The translations under genes and the position numbers were made by a program. A stretch of DNA of 64,000 bases from Octopus sinensis. Its lineage: Eukaryota. The stretch covers positions 33,790,001 to 33,854,000 of the forward strand of contig NC_043017.1 of the NCBI RefSeq assembly GCF_006345805.1, written 5' to 3'. Below, in pieces: positions 1 through 13,309 of the stretch. The notes under the pieces are model-generated. The model was not told where the DNA came from and made no database searches. It worked only from the letters and a program-made list of their open reading frames with translations. How positions within the stretch are numbered: position 1 is the first letter of the stretch; each line of letters starts with the position of its first letter.

Positions 1-289
1 ATCCATGGAGTGAGGGTAACAAAGGTGCGCATATTTGTAAACAAGCAGGAAAATTTCTGATCTGTACCAAAACACTGTAATTATGTTTTCCAGCAAAATT
101 AATTATCCAAAATAATAGATAATTAAATATATTCCAAAAGATATGAAAATATATTAAAATTTGATAAATTAATAAACGTATGAATTAGAAACTGAACGTT
201 ACCAAATTTAATACATGATAAAAAATATACCTTACAAAATGATTTTTCCTTCATTAATAACGATTGTGTGGTAAAAGGTTTACTTCCTA

Positions 290-420
290 AACACACGTAC
301 GTTTCTGGGTTCAGTTCCAGTGCGTAGCACCTTCGGAAAATGTCTTCTACTGTAGCCCCGAGCCGAACAAAAGCTTGTGAGTGGATCTGATTGACGGAAG
401 CTGAAAGAAGCCTATCGTAT
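290..420 (+). mobile_element. SINE family B fragment
   Basis: gttcagttccagtgcgtagcaccttcggaaaatgtcttctactgtagcc...gacggaagctgaaagaagcc aligns by eye to the body of the copy at 5458-5866. Confidence 0.7.
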
Positions 421-537
421 AGGAATACATAAAAATATTCCATTCATGCACCGAATGAGATGGCGAGCCTACTTCCACGACCGAAAAGAGGAAGGTTCTA
501 GCAGCACCATAAAGAATTTCCAAAAATAGGTTGAGAT

Positions 538-1193
538 CTAAACAGGGATAACGCACATTTCACCTTATTTAACCCTTCCAGAATAGAGGTAGAAAAATAT
601 AGGAATACGTTATTCAAGTTCTTCAAAAACATAGGGCTTGCCATCTCAGTAGGGAAGGAGCACAACACAGTCAAATTTTTAGACGTTACACTAAACCTAA
701 GTACTGGAATATATAAACCAAACAATAAAACCAATGAAAACTTTAAATACATTCACAAAAATAGTAATCACCCCAAGTGTGTGACCAAATCCATAGCAGC
801 TAACATTTCAACCCGCATATCGAATCTATCAGCCAACGAGAAAATATTTAGGTTAAACGAAGATTACCCTAACTTAGCACTAGAGAAGGCAGGGTATAAA
901 GAAAATTTAATATTCAACGAAGGTAACTAAAACAAGTAAGATGCATATAGTAATGTAACCTGTTCAGACCCTAATTAAAATACACAAAATAACCATAAAA
1001 ACCCACAAAACCCTCATAGGAGGATAAAGAAAAATGTAAAAGCGAAGAAGAATGAGAACATAGGCGACAAGCCCTGGAGAGAATGGCAAGGATTCGAACG
1101 AGAATGAACTCCACACGGAAGTAAATAGCCGAAACAACAGCGGAAGCATTATTACGCTGTACATTAGAAATGATGAAGACCACCGTAGACATA

Positions 1194-1231
<38 letters not shown>

Positions 1232-1997
1232 CCCAGAAGGCAACTAAGAGATGCAATGGTAAGTACTCGCACACCAGAGCAGACACCGCGGAAACATAAA
1301 TCACACTGACAATAAAAACCCGGACAATACCTGTAATTAACAAGACCAATAATAATTCTAGGATCACATTGGGGTACATTGCTGAATTGGCGAAACATGC
1401 TTTCCAACATTCCTAGATTGTTCTATGCAGTGATAGACTTTGCTAAAACTAGCAGGTGTCATAAAATATTTAATAGACACAAGGTACGACTTGCCTTCTG
1501 CAATAGCAGCAGCCGAGCATAAATAATTGCAGCACATAATGAAAGTAAACTATACAACTTGCAAGGAGAACCTGGTAATCCGAATCTGAATCATTAGGAA
1601 GAAATAAGCAACAGCGGAAGGGACATAGATGCTGATACCACAGAAGCACGCACTGGAGGAATGGGGAATGGTAAGAGAAGAAGCAACAGTGAAAGGGAAA
1701 TAAGCCTAACGAAGCGTATAAGTAGGACGAACCGTTAGATGGAGGCAACGCCAAAACTAACATTCATAGAAAATTCAGAAATGATATCGGAACGGGAGAG
1801 GAGAGGGTAGGAGAGTCTTCTAGTGAAGTCAATAATACGATAAATAATAGAAATAAGCGGGCAGGACATACAACCGTGCTAGAGATAAAATATAGCCGTT
1901 GGACGCAAGATGTCAAACTAAAAACCTGGTCTATTGATGCAAAGTTACCTCGGAGGGAAGAGAATACGCTTATCTAGTGGCCATTTCTCTCTCTATC

Positions 1998-2028
<31 letters not shown>

Positions 2029-2270
2029 CTTTCTTTCTCTCTCTCTCTTTATTATTGTATTTTTACATAGAAAAAAATAAACGATACAAACTTAAGCAAA
2101 CTAGTTTGGTGAATTAGTAACGAGAACAATATCTCTTCTATTGTTTGGGAATTAATTAGTACTGCTAAGCCTAATCGAGCAAAGGGAAATAGATTTGACC
2201 AATGCATAGAAGAACTTTACCAAATGTTTCCATCAAAAATACACATGAATTAATGCAAGACATGAACAAG
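538..2270 (+). mobile_element. Decayed Penelope-like retroelement (RT C-terminus/thumb, linker, GIY-YIG endonuclease), interrupted by microsatellites and stops
   Basis: From 583: IEVEKYRNTLFKFFKNIGLAISVGKEHNTVKFLDVTLNLSTGIYKPNNKTNENFKYIHKNSNHPKCVTKSIAANISTRISNLSANEKIF (PLE RT thumb). At 1433: IDFAKTSRCHKIFNRHKVRLAFC (linker). At 1896: PLDARCQTKNLVY*CKVTSEGREYAYL. At about 2075-2220: NDTNLSKLVW*...IVWELISTAKP...DQCIEE (GIY-YIG C-terminus). Similarity judged from memory of PLE consensus motifs. Confidence 0.8.
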
Positions 2271-2730
2271 CCATAAGATGTTTACAGAAACAGGGTAGGA
2301 CCTGTAGCAAACATAGGGATAATTATAGAAAACCAACGCCCCAGCAACAATTGAGCTTGATATAATAACCTAGACATGAAAGATATTTACTAAATATCAT
2401 TAATAGAAAAATAAAACCAAATACCCTACCTAATGTTTAACACAAATCATGAGCGGCCCAACCACAAAAATGGATGTAAACAAACATCGCCTCTTCAATA
2501 CAAGCATTACACACGAAATCAAAAACGTAGGCCCAATGAAATTAAATTAAACAAAGAACCTTACATCTAGATGTTGACCTATTTTTCAACTGAGCCCAAA
2601 CTTCGGACAGTAACTGCTGTGAATCGGAGGCCAGCAGCACATGCCTATAAAAAACAACCCTCCTACCTCCCACAGAACACTAACAAAAATTTACTTCAAT
2701 CGGTTCACTTCAAAGATGACCAAATTGATG

Positions 2731-2814
2731 GACCCTGATGAAGCTGCACCGACAATAATACAAGGTTGAATTTGCAACAGTGAGTAGACGCTGCAGAGCA
2801 AACACATACAGGTC
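2731..2814 (+). ncRNA. Degenerate type-I hammerhead ribozyme-like motif downstream of PLE remnant
   Basis: gacc-CTGATGA-agctgca...tgcag-agc-aaac-acatac-a-ggtc. Stem I gacc/ggtc and stem II ctgca/tgcag pair, but the GAAA and GUH positions are mutated. Confidence 0.4.
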
Positions 2815-3113
2815 ATCACAATGTACTGTATATAACTATAAAATAAATTTTGTTGATATACAAGTCTCCATACACTTTGTTATCAATAATAATCATATAC
2901 ACTCCAGACAAAATTTAACGACCAGCGAAGAGTACGCGCAATTACCCATCGAAAGAATCCACGGAGTGACTAACAACCAGTTATAACCACAGACGTTAAA
3001 TAATGATCGTTGTGTTTAGCCGTTGACTGGAACTAATGAAAGCTAATACGGTATCTGCGCGATAATATATATCCCTCCAATATATATATATATATATATA
3101 TATATCATATATA

Positions 3114-3173
<60 letters not shown>

Positions 3174-3385
3174 GTATATATATATGTATGTATATATATA
3201 TGATATATATGTATATATATATATATATATATTATAATATATATATATTAGTGGTGTTGACACCAACGGATTGAATGGTACTGTCCAGGTGTCGAAACCA
3301 TAATGATATCCGTGGGCCAGCTGATGATGAGCATGTTGGATTGTCGGTATGGCTGTTTTTGTATATGCGGAATAGTATCCTTTTC

Positions 3386-3417
<32 letters not shown>

Positions 3418-4004
3418 ACCAAGAGAGAGAAAGCAGAAGATAGAGATGTGCATAAATATGTGTGCGTGCGTATGTTGGTGTTTGTGTTTATCTCAGACCG
3501 CCACGTGACAACCGATGGAATAACTACAAAGACTAAAAAAAATTACTTACTGGAGTTGAGTGTGTTGAGTCAAAGAAATCTAAATAAAATTTTGCCTGGC
3601 TTTGGTAATGAGCTCTGGAAGAAGAATTCAAATTGAAAACAAACTGACAGGTCTCTTGAAAACCTCTCGTCTCACTAGAAAACATGGCAGGAAATGTTTC
3701 ACTATTTTCTTTTCGATGAACAAACAGCGATAAAATAGAAACAAGGATCAACCAATATGTAGCACTGACCTTAGTGACCTCGGGTCATTCAAGTCCATCC
3801 TTTTACTACTAGTTCAGTACATTCTTGCCATTCTAAACCTGCATATCCATCACCATGACAACCAAAGCTATATCGTCATCATCATGTTCATCATCATCGT
3901 CATTACATGCATGTACTGTTGCTGCTGCTGCTACTACGATCGCTATCACCTATAAGTAATCAGTTATTTTCTTCTTTCTTTATCTTTATCCAATAAATCG
4001 CCTA

Positions 4005-4408
4005 TTACTCTTTACTCTCTCTTTTACTTGTTTCAGTCATTTGACTGCGGCCATGCTGGAGCACCGCCTTTAGTCGAGCAAATCGACCCCGGGACTTATT
4101 CTTTCTAAGCCCAGTACTTATGCTATCGGTCTCTTTTGCCGAAACGCTAAGTGACGGGGACGTAAATACACCAGCATCGTTGTCAAGCAATGCTAGAGGG
4201 ACAAACACAGACACACAAACATACACACGTATATATACATATATAGGGCGGGCTTCTTTCAGTTTCCGTCTACCAAATCCACTCACAAGGCTTTAGTCGG
4301 CCCGAGGCTATAGTAGAATACACTTGCCCAAGGTTCCACGCAGTGGGACTGAATCCAAACCATGTGGCTGGTTAGCAAGCTACTTACCACACAGCCACTC
4401 CTGCGTCT
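4005..4408 (-). mobile_element. SINE family B (tRNA-like head, central microsatellite, LINE-like 3' tail), full length
   Basis: Reverse complement reads gacgcaggagtggctgtgtggtaag (A-box-like)...tggattcagtccc (B-box-like)...ggcggtgctccagcatggccgcagtcaaatgactgaaacaagtaaaagag; colinear with 5458-5866. Confidence 0.85.
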
Positions 4409-5457
4409 ACTAACATCGCATCCTAAACACATTCAACTGTCGCAATAGTCATGACGCCAGTCGAACCTACAATCCATCGACTTCCATGCATCACTCCCCG
4501 AATCAATGTACACAATTTTTTATAAATACAAAATTTCTCTGCATCCCATTCGCTCGAATAACAAAACAAACAAATCTATTGCAATTACTAATGGGACAGA
4601 GTGTCCCTTACAACTTCCTTTTGTACGTTCCAAGGAAGTAGACACACAATTACGAAACACACTTTGTCACACGCTTCACCACAACAAATTCAACTTTACC
4701 AAACCTACTCTCTCTCTTCTAGTGGTAGCAGCCACTACAGTAACACCAACCATTGCTACGGACATGTTGATCTGTTTATTTCGCATAAGTCAGGAGACAA
4801 CACGGTGTTTGGGGGGAACAAAAACAGTACTTGTGACAATAACCAGCAAAGAAACAAAAACGAAAGATAACCCAAACACCAGCAGCTTTCTGTCCAAAAT
4901 TACACTCCTTTAGTTATGGTAGATGAGGAGAAAAATTCTTTAGAAGCATTCTTGCTTTAGCACATCAACCTCACTCGCAATATTCACTCCAGTACGGCAA
5001 CATCCCCAGTGTCAGCCCCAATCGATAAGTAGTGCTGCTTAGGCTAACGAAGATCTATTTTTCGTTTTATAAATTCAGGGTTCGCTCATGTGTCGCTGTT
5101 CCTTTCTTCTATACATCAATGATTTATTTGCTGTCACAATTTAGATGCCATACGCAAAGCACACAGAAACATACGCTATGATCTTGAAAGTATGCACCAA
5201 TGGAAATTTATCAAGAGAACTGAAACTCTCCTAATATCACAAAGATATCATCGCACCACTACCTATTTAATCATAAGCAGTTTTCAACTAGAGCCCTCAA
5301 AATCGCTTTACCTATTGGCTTTGACTGTTTGGAACATTTACATTTTTCACATAACTAGCATGTCATCCCAACACCTTACCTACCCTTCAAAACTAAAAGG
5401 CATTTTATCTGCAAATATGAACATTCTACAAATATGGACATCTACAAATACGGGCAT

Positions 5458-5866
5458 AGGCGTAGGAGTGGCTGTGTGGTAAGTAGCTTGCTTACCAACC
5501 ACATGGTTCCGGGTTCAGTCCCACTGTGTGGCACCTTGGGCAAGTGTCTACTACTATAGCCTTGGGCCGAATAAAGCATTGTGAGGGGATTTTGTAGACG
5601 GAAACTGAAAGAAGCCCGTCATATATATGTATATATATATATGTATGTGTGTATGTTTGTGTGCCTGTGCTTGTCCCCCTAGCATTGCTTGACAACCGAT
5701 GGTGATGTGTTTTTGTCCACATCACTTAGCGGTTCGGCAAAAGGGACCGATAGAATAAGTACTGGGATTACAAAGAATAAGTCCCGGGGTCGAGTTGCTC
5801 GACTAAAGGCGGTGCTCCAGCATGGCCCCGCAGTCAAATGACTGAAACAAGTAAAAGAGTAAGAGT
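5458..5866 (+). mobile_element. SINE family B, full length
   Basis: ggcgtaggagtggctgtgtggtaag...gggttcagtccc...(TA/TG)n...ggcggtgctccagcatggcc...gtaaaagagtaagagt tandem tail. Confidence 0.85.
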
Positions 5867-7007
5867 ATTCTACGACACACGAAGCCGACATTGCTGTATT
5901 TCTCTCACATCTGAGATGCTTCTGCTGCCGCTACTGCTGCTGCTCTAGTTTCTACTGCTGTACACCCTCACATCTAGGTAAGTACCTGCCGTCTTATTCA
6001 CCCCTTCTTTTCATCCTCCTTGTGGTATTCAAAACCTCAGATCACACATAAATACTATGCCTGTTTCTCCTCAGAAATTCTTCTACCTGGAATGCCCTTG
6101 TTTATAGCTTCCTTACCAGTGTTTACCTGCAAAACTGTTTACCAGTTTCTCCATTCTAGGCCGGCCTGCCAAGGCCATGAGCAATCCTCTTCTTCCACAC
6201 ACAGTATGTAAAATGACAGTCCTGCAGTATCATAAAATAACAGCTAGAAAACAAAGGCAATTCTGTTAAACTTTCAAACCACTCGACCACCTTCCAACAG
6301 ATGCTGGGGATGAGAAGCTTAATTGCCGAACAATCCTATAACTCTCTTCTTTACCTAACCGACTCGCACCTGAACCACTTCCACTTTGATTCTAAGATGA
6401 AATTTGAGGCTTTGCCATGACTTGATGAATGTCTACGCCGAACAGTTCTTTTGAAGCAAAGTAACTATTTTCCGATGTCTGTAATGATCACCGTGTATTC
6501 ACAACAAGGTAATGGCTACCATAATTGGGCTCAGCAGACTACGCCAAGTAACTCTCTTATAGTTTTATGTTCGTCCAATGAATTTTAATTCAGTAAAGGA
6601 ACGCTGGAAACATATTAGTGATGGGCAACTTCTGCCTTCCTTTAATGAATAATCAGAAATTATTTTGAAACCAAGATTTTATATCTCAAATACGGACAAT
6701 AGAACAAGAGAAACAACATCTTTATCAACGAGTTTTCATTTCTCAAATTGTGCTCCAACAAATCACATACATAGCAAAAGTGTTTTCGATAAGTGTTAAG
6801 TTAATTGCTTCGCACTATTTATTGACTGATACTTGGAATTTCATTCTTCGCTTTATATTTTCCTGCATTTCTGACATTTGCATTCCCTTGTCCGACTCAC
6901 CACACTATTTTTCTGTTGTTTCTCTTTTTCCTTAAATAATATTATTCAAATTCAATATTCTATTTTCATACACGCTTACACACATATATGCACACACACA
7001 AATATGC

Positions 7008-7072
<65 letters not shown>

Positions 7073-7146
7073 TACATACATACTTACATATGTGTATATA
7101 TATATACATGCATATATATATATATATATATATGCATGCACATACA

Positions 7147-7177
<31 letters not shown>

Positions 7178-7180
7178 GTG

Positions 7181-7234
<54 letters not shown>

Positions 7235-7723
7235 CATATACATGACCACATCACTTTCACATTCTGTATAATTCTATATATCATAAAATCTCAAGGATAT
7301 TTCAATTATCAAAAGTAAGGAGATTAACGCAGCTCGAAATTAGCCTCCAGCCGTAGTTTTAGGGTTTAGTTAATTGATGGGGATTTAGAGAGTCGTTTAA
7401 TTGATTTGAGTTTGAAATAAGCAGGCACACTTGGTGGTGGGGGGGGGGCGGATATGAACCTTAGAGTTAAAGTTCACAATACATTTCTGTCTGTCTCTGA
7501 AACTCTTTTAGGTATTATGGCAATTATATCAACATACTTAATGACATCATTGTTAAGTGCTTTCTCTAATCATTAAATCGGTAATGTATGTTGATTCGAT
7601 ACGCTTTATATTCTTATTGTTATATTGTTATTGTTATTATTTTTTGTCTGTCATGAAGATTAGTGAAATACGGAGTAATGGCGGTGCTGATGTGATATGC
7701 AGTGAAATTTGTTCCTTTGAATT

Positions 7724-8051
7724 GGTATTAAAGTCCGTGCGTCAAGTGAATATTAAATTCTACCCAAGGCCACGGTTACTTGCGATAAACGAAAAATAAC
7801 TTAAGTCCTTAAGTGTGTTTCCTTCTCTAAATTTACTTTCATTCAATCAATATCGGCAAAAGTTAAGTTTTCTTTGGTAATATTGTTGATCTTAAAACTT
7901 TCACAAAGACATCTGTAAGATAAGCACCACTGTTGAGTCGTGATCACAGTAAGCGATTCAACATATTTTTACAAATCTGTGATTTTATTATTACTACTTA
8001 AGAAATAGGGAAGCAGTGAGCTGGCAGAACCGTTAGCACGCCGGTCAAAAC
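7724..8051 (+). repeat. 328-bp direct repeat, copy 1 (non-SINE sequence plus SINE 5' end)
   Basis: Colinear with 9591-9918 at a constant offset of 1867 bp with scattered substitutions. Confidence 0.95.
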
Positions 8052-8225
8052 GCTTAGCGACATTTCGACCGGTTGCACGGCCTGAGTTCAAATGCCACCA
8101 AGGTCGACTTTGCCTTTCATCCTTTCAGGGTCGATAAAGAAGCACCAGTTGAGCATCGAGGGACAATATAACCGACTTTCTCATCAGCCCCCACCCGTAC
8201 TGCTAATTTGTGCCAAAATTTGAAA
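8008..8225 (+). mobile_element. SINE family A (about 220 bp, tRNA-derived type)
   Basis: gcagtgagctggcagaaccgttagcacgccgg...ctgagttcaaat...gtcgactttgcctttcatcctttc, matching the other family A copies. Confidence 0.8.
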
Positions 8226-8938
8226 CTATTATATAAGAAAAAGGTAGCTGAACATATTGGATTCTATAATTTGCAGTGGTTCGATCTGGATATACTTTAC
8301 ATAGATATCAAATGCAGAAAGTGAACCCGAAGACTTTTATTATATGCTCAAAAAGTTGCGTCTCCGTTTTAAGGAAGTAGATATGATATAGAAACAATGA
8401 CTTAATGAATACGTTTAGAACCCATCTTTATTTCATGTTGTCATTGAAAAAATACGCCTGTAGGCATACATGCATAAATAAATATGGTGGAAGAAAACCT
8501 ATGACCGAGTAACGGCACTTCCTAAACTCATTTAAGTCCGTACAAAAGTTTCGAGATTTTAGGTTGCGTGAATGTGCTTCGATTGGATTAAAGTGCTGTA
8601 CGGCGCTCAACCCACTTTCTAGTGCAATTAGCTATAAAACCAGCGACAATGCAGTGATTGAAACGACCAGAACCTAACTGCATTTCACTTTTTTTTTCTT
8701 TTTGATATTTTTCCAAAACGAATTTACTTTCTCCTAGAAGGAAGGTCTAAGGAGAAAAAAAGTTCCTTCCCTCCCAGGGGCTCGGATTAGATCTGGGAAC
8801 AATAGTGACTACTAGGTGGTTCAACACTCCTCAAAAGTCCAGGAACTCTTGTACCAGGACACCACTCCCGTATGTAGTTTAAAATTATACCCAGGATAAA
8901 TACACACACACATGCATACATACACACGCACACGTACC

Positions 8939-8996
<58 letters not shown>

Positions 8997-9339
8997 CTGT
9001 TGTGTCTGGGGAGAGTCACTTTCTTATTGTGCCTTATAATGTAACACACTCACCGGTAAAATTTCCACTTATTTCTTATTTCTTTTTTTCTTAAATTGTC
9101 GTTGCGTGTTGCAACCTTTTCGATAGTCTTGACTCTGTCCGTTATTTACACTGCGTTCCTTTTTGTTTGTTTGTGTTACTGGCACCACCACCACTACAAC
9201 TACCACCACCACACCACCACCACCACTACTACTACTACTACTATGCAAATATGTCTACAATCTGATACATTTCTTTCCACAATCCTATCTACATATGAAT
9301 TTTGATGAGCAATACACCGGAATTAGGACCGCTAGAAGA

Positions 9340-9392
9340 ACATAGTAATAAAAGGGATCCATACCTAAAAAATGGTTGAGAACCCCAGTTCT
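9340..9392. mobile_element. Possible hAT-type non-autonomous element terminus
   Basis: aaagggatccatacctaaaaaatggttgagaaccccag resembles the ...aaaaaggttgagaacccctg end of hAT/Charlie MITEs; partner end not found. Confidence 0.35.
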
Positions 9393-9590
9393 AAACGAAC
9401 AGAAGGAACATATTTGCCACTGCCGGAGAATATTTTTCAAATTCCTAACACTATAGATAGTTTTAGTTTTTAACCTTAACAACATTTTAACATATTATAA
9501 TTAATTTAGGTTACTGAGCTATGAAAACTTTACATCCAGGTAACGACACATTTTTATGCTGTAAATCTCTACATCTGTCCGTTCTCAGTA

Positions 9591-9918
9591 GGTATTAAAG
9601 TCCGTGCTTCAAGTGAATATTAAATTCTACCCAAGGCCATGGTTACTTGCGATAAACGAAAAAGAATTTAAGTCCTCAAGTGTGTTTCCTTCTCTAAATT
9701 TGCTTTCATTCAATCAATACCGACAAAACTTAAGTTTCCTTTCGTAATATTGTTGATCGTAAAACTTTCACAAAGACATCTGTAAGATAAGCACCACTGT
9801 TGAGTCGTGATCACAGTAAGCGATTCAACATATTTTTACAAATCTGTGATTTTATTATTACTATTTAAGAAATAGGGAGGCAGTGAGCTGGCAGAACCGT
9901 TAGCACGCCGGTCAAAAC
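9591..9918 (+). repeat. 328-bp direct repeat, copy 2 (ends inside truncated SINE A head)
   Basis: Matches 7724-8051; stops at ...gccggtcaaaac. Confidence 0.95.
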
Positions 9919-10812
9919 CTTCATTCCCGGCTCTAAGTAAATGAGTCAAAAGAAATCTTTATTTCTGTGTTCAAAGAATTTCAAGAGAGTTTAGAGTTCA
10001 GGCAGACAAATCCTAAATTAAGATTATTTCATTCACCGGAATTTAATTTGCTGTTCGATAAAATATCACTACTTCGTTTGGTCTTTCATCCTTTTCGATG
10101 TAAGAAAAATAAGTACCAGTAATATCCTGTGGTCGTATCAATAACGTACACTACTTCTTATTGCAAATATTGGTTTTGTACGGTGAGAAAAAAGTAATTA
10201 TTCACTTCTCCATTTAATTCATTTTCGTCAGAAGTAAAGTCTCTTAATTATATTAGTTTTGCATAAGTTCTCTCAGTGCACATATTTTCCAGGTGTATAG
10301 TGTCCAATGGTGTGCGTTGGTCGATAATGTAATTCTGCAATTATTGCTGTAGTGTTTTACTTCTTGTCACTGCTCTGCCGGTCGATACAAACAACTTGAA
10401 ATCAGAGAAATGAAAAGATTACTTTTTTCTTCCTTTTTGTGCATCAGAAACGCTTATGCTGTCACATTTGTCTAATTTGATACGCATTTTGATATCCTGT
10501 GCGATTTTGTGTCCTGTTTTTTAACAGATTTTCCATTTCGTTGTCGTCTCATCAAACTAGACATCCGTGAATTCGATTATTCCCCATTTATTTACTTCTT
10601 TCAGTCACTGGAATGTGATGAGGCTGGGACACCATTTTGAAAGGTTTAGCCAAACAAATATTTTTACGTTTGCTACCTATTTTATTGATCCATTTCGCTA
10701 AACCGCTACATTTCAGGGATGAAACCACATGTTGTCAAGTGGTAACGGCATAATCACAAACAAGCAAAGACATGTACATACCTGAATATATTCTTACAGA
10801 CATATATACACA

Positions 10813-10851
10813 CACAGATAGATAGACAGACAGACAGAAAGACAGACAGAC

Positions 10852-10934
<83 letters not shown>

Positions 10935-11030
10935 GAGATAATAGATAGATAGATAAATAGGTATGTATATATATTATATATATATATAGATAGATAGATA
11001 GATAGATAGATAGATGGACAGAGTGTTACC
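10813..11030. repeat. (GACA)n/(GATA)n microsatellite
   Basis: Direct reading of tandem gata/gaca units. Confidence 0.95.
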
Positions 11031-12092
11031 AAACAGCTCACGTCTGCCCTGCCAAGATAAGGTGATGATCAATGGAACTGAAACCGATGCCATTGCAAAG
11101 GGAACTTTTTTACTGTACAAAAGAATTGTTTGTATTTTGTGCGTTTTATTTGTAGCCCTTGGTGGTTTCATTCACTAATTTCTTTAACTTGTCAGAGTCT
11201 GGCAAAAAGTTAGACACCATAATGTATCTCTTTCAATGCATCCCTTTCTTTGATGGTTACTATTATATCGACGTTCATTAACTCCTTGCTACTCAGCGAT
11301 ATTGTAATTTTCCGTTTTGACATGGCATGATAGATGCACTATATATTCGCGTTTTTTATTTACATGGAACATAATCAATATTCATGTCACGGGTCTCTTC
11401 TTAAAGGTTCTCGTTTATCAATGGAGAGCGAACTTATTTTGTTTGTGTTCTCTTTTGACGTTTTCGGTGAATTCCCAATTGACTCATAACTTTTATAGAC
11501 ATAAGTCCATTTTGAACATTTTCTTCTTCCCCGAGATGATATTGATTTCCAGATAAGCTAGCTACTTTTGCTGTTGTTGTTGTTGTTTTACTTATTTATA
11601 AAGGGGCGGAGTGATTCACACGCCCTGTACTCGCCTTCCGCGGTGGATTAGTTTGGTATGGTAAAGATTCCGCCTGATGAGTTATAGCTCGACTACCGTA
11701 AGAAAATAATTATCAACGAGTGAATTTCAAATAATAGTCTTATTGATGACTACTTAACCCTGTATGTAAACACAATATGGAAGATAAAAGAGGTACGAGG
11801 ATATTTAAAGTATTCGAGAGGTATGGACACTATATTAGCAAGTTCCGAAAATTATAGGCCATCCTATCCAAAGTAGAAGATGCCTGGGAAAAATACAGTA
11901 CGTCTATAAGTTGGAAAGGATACGGTTAATATTATCGATAATTTCATATTTTTATGTTATAGATATTTCTATTATTCCACAGCGATCAGCTTTATGAAGG
12001 TTTCAGCGGTAAGGGCGGTAAAATACCTTCTAAGCCTGAATAGGGCGGCCAATGCTGTGTTGATTTCCTACACTGGAATATATATATATATA

Positions 12093-12915
12093 TACTAGCA
12101 TTAAAGACCCGTCGTTGCCGGGTTATAGTGCTAGTGCATGTATATATGTCTACATATTACATGTTCATCTGTATATATACATCTACACATAAAATGCAAA
12201 ATACAAAGTTATATCTTGATATCGTTAGTGATAACAATACTCAAAATATATAACAGACTGGAATTGTTAGCTCTTCTTTTTTCTCTACATTGTATACTTT
12301 TTAGACAATAGACTTTTCTTTAATTTAATTTTTTTATTATCCATCTGGACTATTCCGTCATTGATGGAATTTTATACCAATTGCTATTTTTACTTTTGTT
12401 ATGTTACGATTATATTATACTTTAGTTTGATTTTAATTATTACTTACTACATATAATTCAATTGTTATTATTATTTTTATTGTTAAAGTGAAAGCATCTG
12501 ACATAAAATAGAGAAATACTTTTGTTTCACTTTTAATACGTAATACTGAAATAGTGGAGAAGATATGATATTGCTATGGGCTCGCTCTAGGCAAGAAGTT
12601 GAACTTTTTTTTTGCCCATGAAACTACATGGACCCTAAGTAAGGCATGTGTAAAATTTCAATGAAATTCGTTGTGTAGTTCTTAAGTTTTAGGGAATCGT
12701 AGTGGAGAAGATATGATATTGCTGTGGGCTCGCCCTAGGCAAAAGTTAAAAAATTTTTGCCGATGACACTCCCCGGACCCTAAGTAAGGCATGTGTAAAA
12801 TTTGAATGAAATTGATTGTGTAGTTCTCAAGTTTTAGGGAAACACACAGACAGACAGACGGACAGACAGACAGAAACACACACACACACATTCTCAGTTT
12901 TATATATATAAAGAT
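12093..12915 (+). mobile_element. Non-autonomous Helitron/Helentron-type (HINE/DINE-like) element with internal ~140-bp tandem duplication
   Basis: Starts tactagc followed by hairpin gacccgtcgttgccgggt; ends (cagA)n/(ca)n-ttctcagttttatatatataaagat. Unit tagtggagaagatatgatattgct...gttttaggga occurs at about 12552-12690 and 12701-12840. Confidence 0.55.
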
Positions 12916-12942
12916 GTGTGTGTATGTGTGTGTGTGTGTATA

Positions 12943-13226
12943 GAGGCGCAATGGCCCAGTTGTTAGGGCAGCGGACTCGCGGTTGTAGGATCGCGGTTTC
13001 GATTCTAAGACTGGGAGTTGTCAGTGTTTATTGAGCGAAAACGCCTAGAACTTCACGAGGCTCCGGCACAACTTTCGCCACAACTTTCTCTCACTCTTTC
13101 TTCTGTTGGCCTGCTCTCTTAGCCAGCGGGGTGGCGTCATTTGAAGGCTAAAACAATGCGGAGCGCATTGTGACCAGCGATGTGTAACAACATCTGATAG
13201 CCTGGAAGGTCACGGTGATCACGGTG

Positions 13227-13228
<2 letters not shown>
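12943..13228 (+). mobile_element. SINE family C (tRNA-like head, cacggtgat tandem tail)
   Basis: gaggcgcaatggcccagttgttagggcagcggactc (A box)...ggtttcgattc (B box); the 3' part also occurs at 55774-55897. Confidence 0.8.
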
Positions 13229-13260
<32 letters not shown>

Positions 13261-13267
13261 TATATAA

Positions 13268-13307
<40 letters not shown>

Positions 13308-13309
13308 TA

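Noticed and set aside
3250-3310. gacacc...ggtgtc-GAAAC stem suggesting a hammerhead 3' half
   Set aside because: The upstream CUGANGA is unrecognisable (gtggtgt) and stem I cannot be formed; at most a relic.
11674-11697. CTGATGAG-ttatag-CTCGAC hammerhead-like heptamer
   Set aside because: Stem II does not pair properly, GAAA is absent (GACT), and there is no stem I partner.
12943-13015. tRNA-like sequence (also at the heads of SINE A and B)
   Set aside because: A/B-box-like motifs are present but there is no complete cloverleaf, and the sequence continues into a SINE body; not a tRNA gene.
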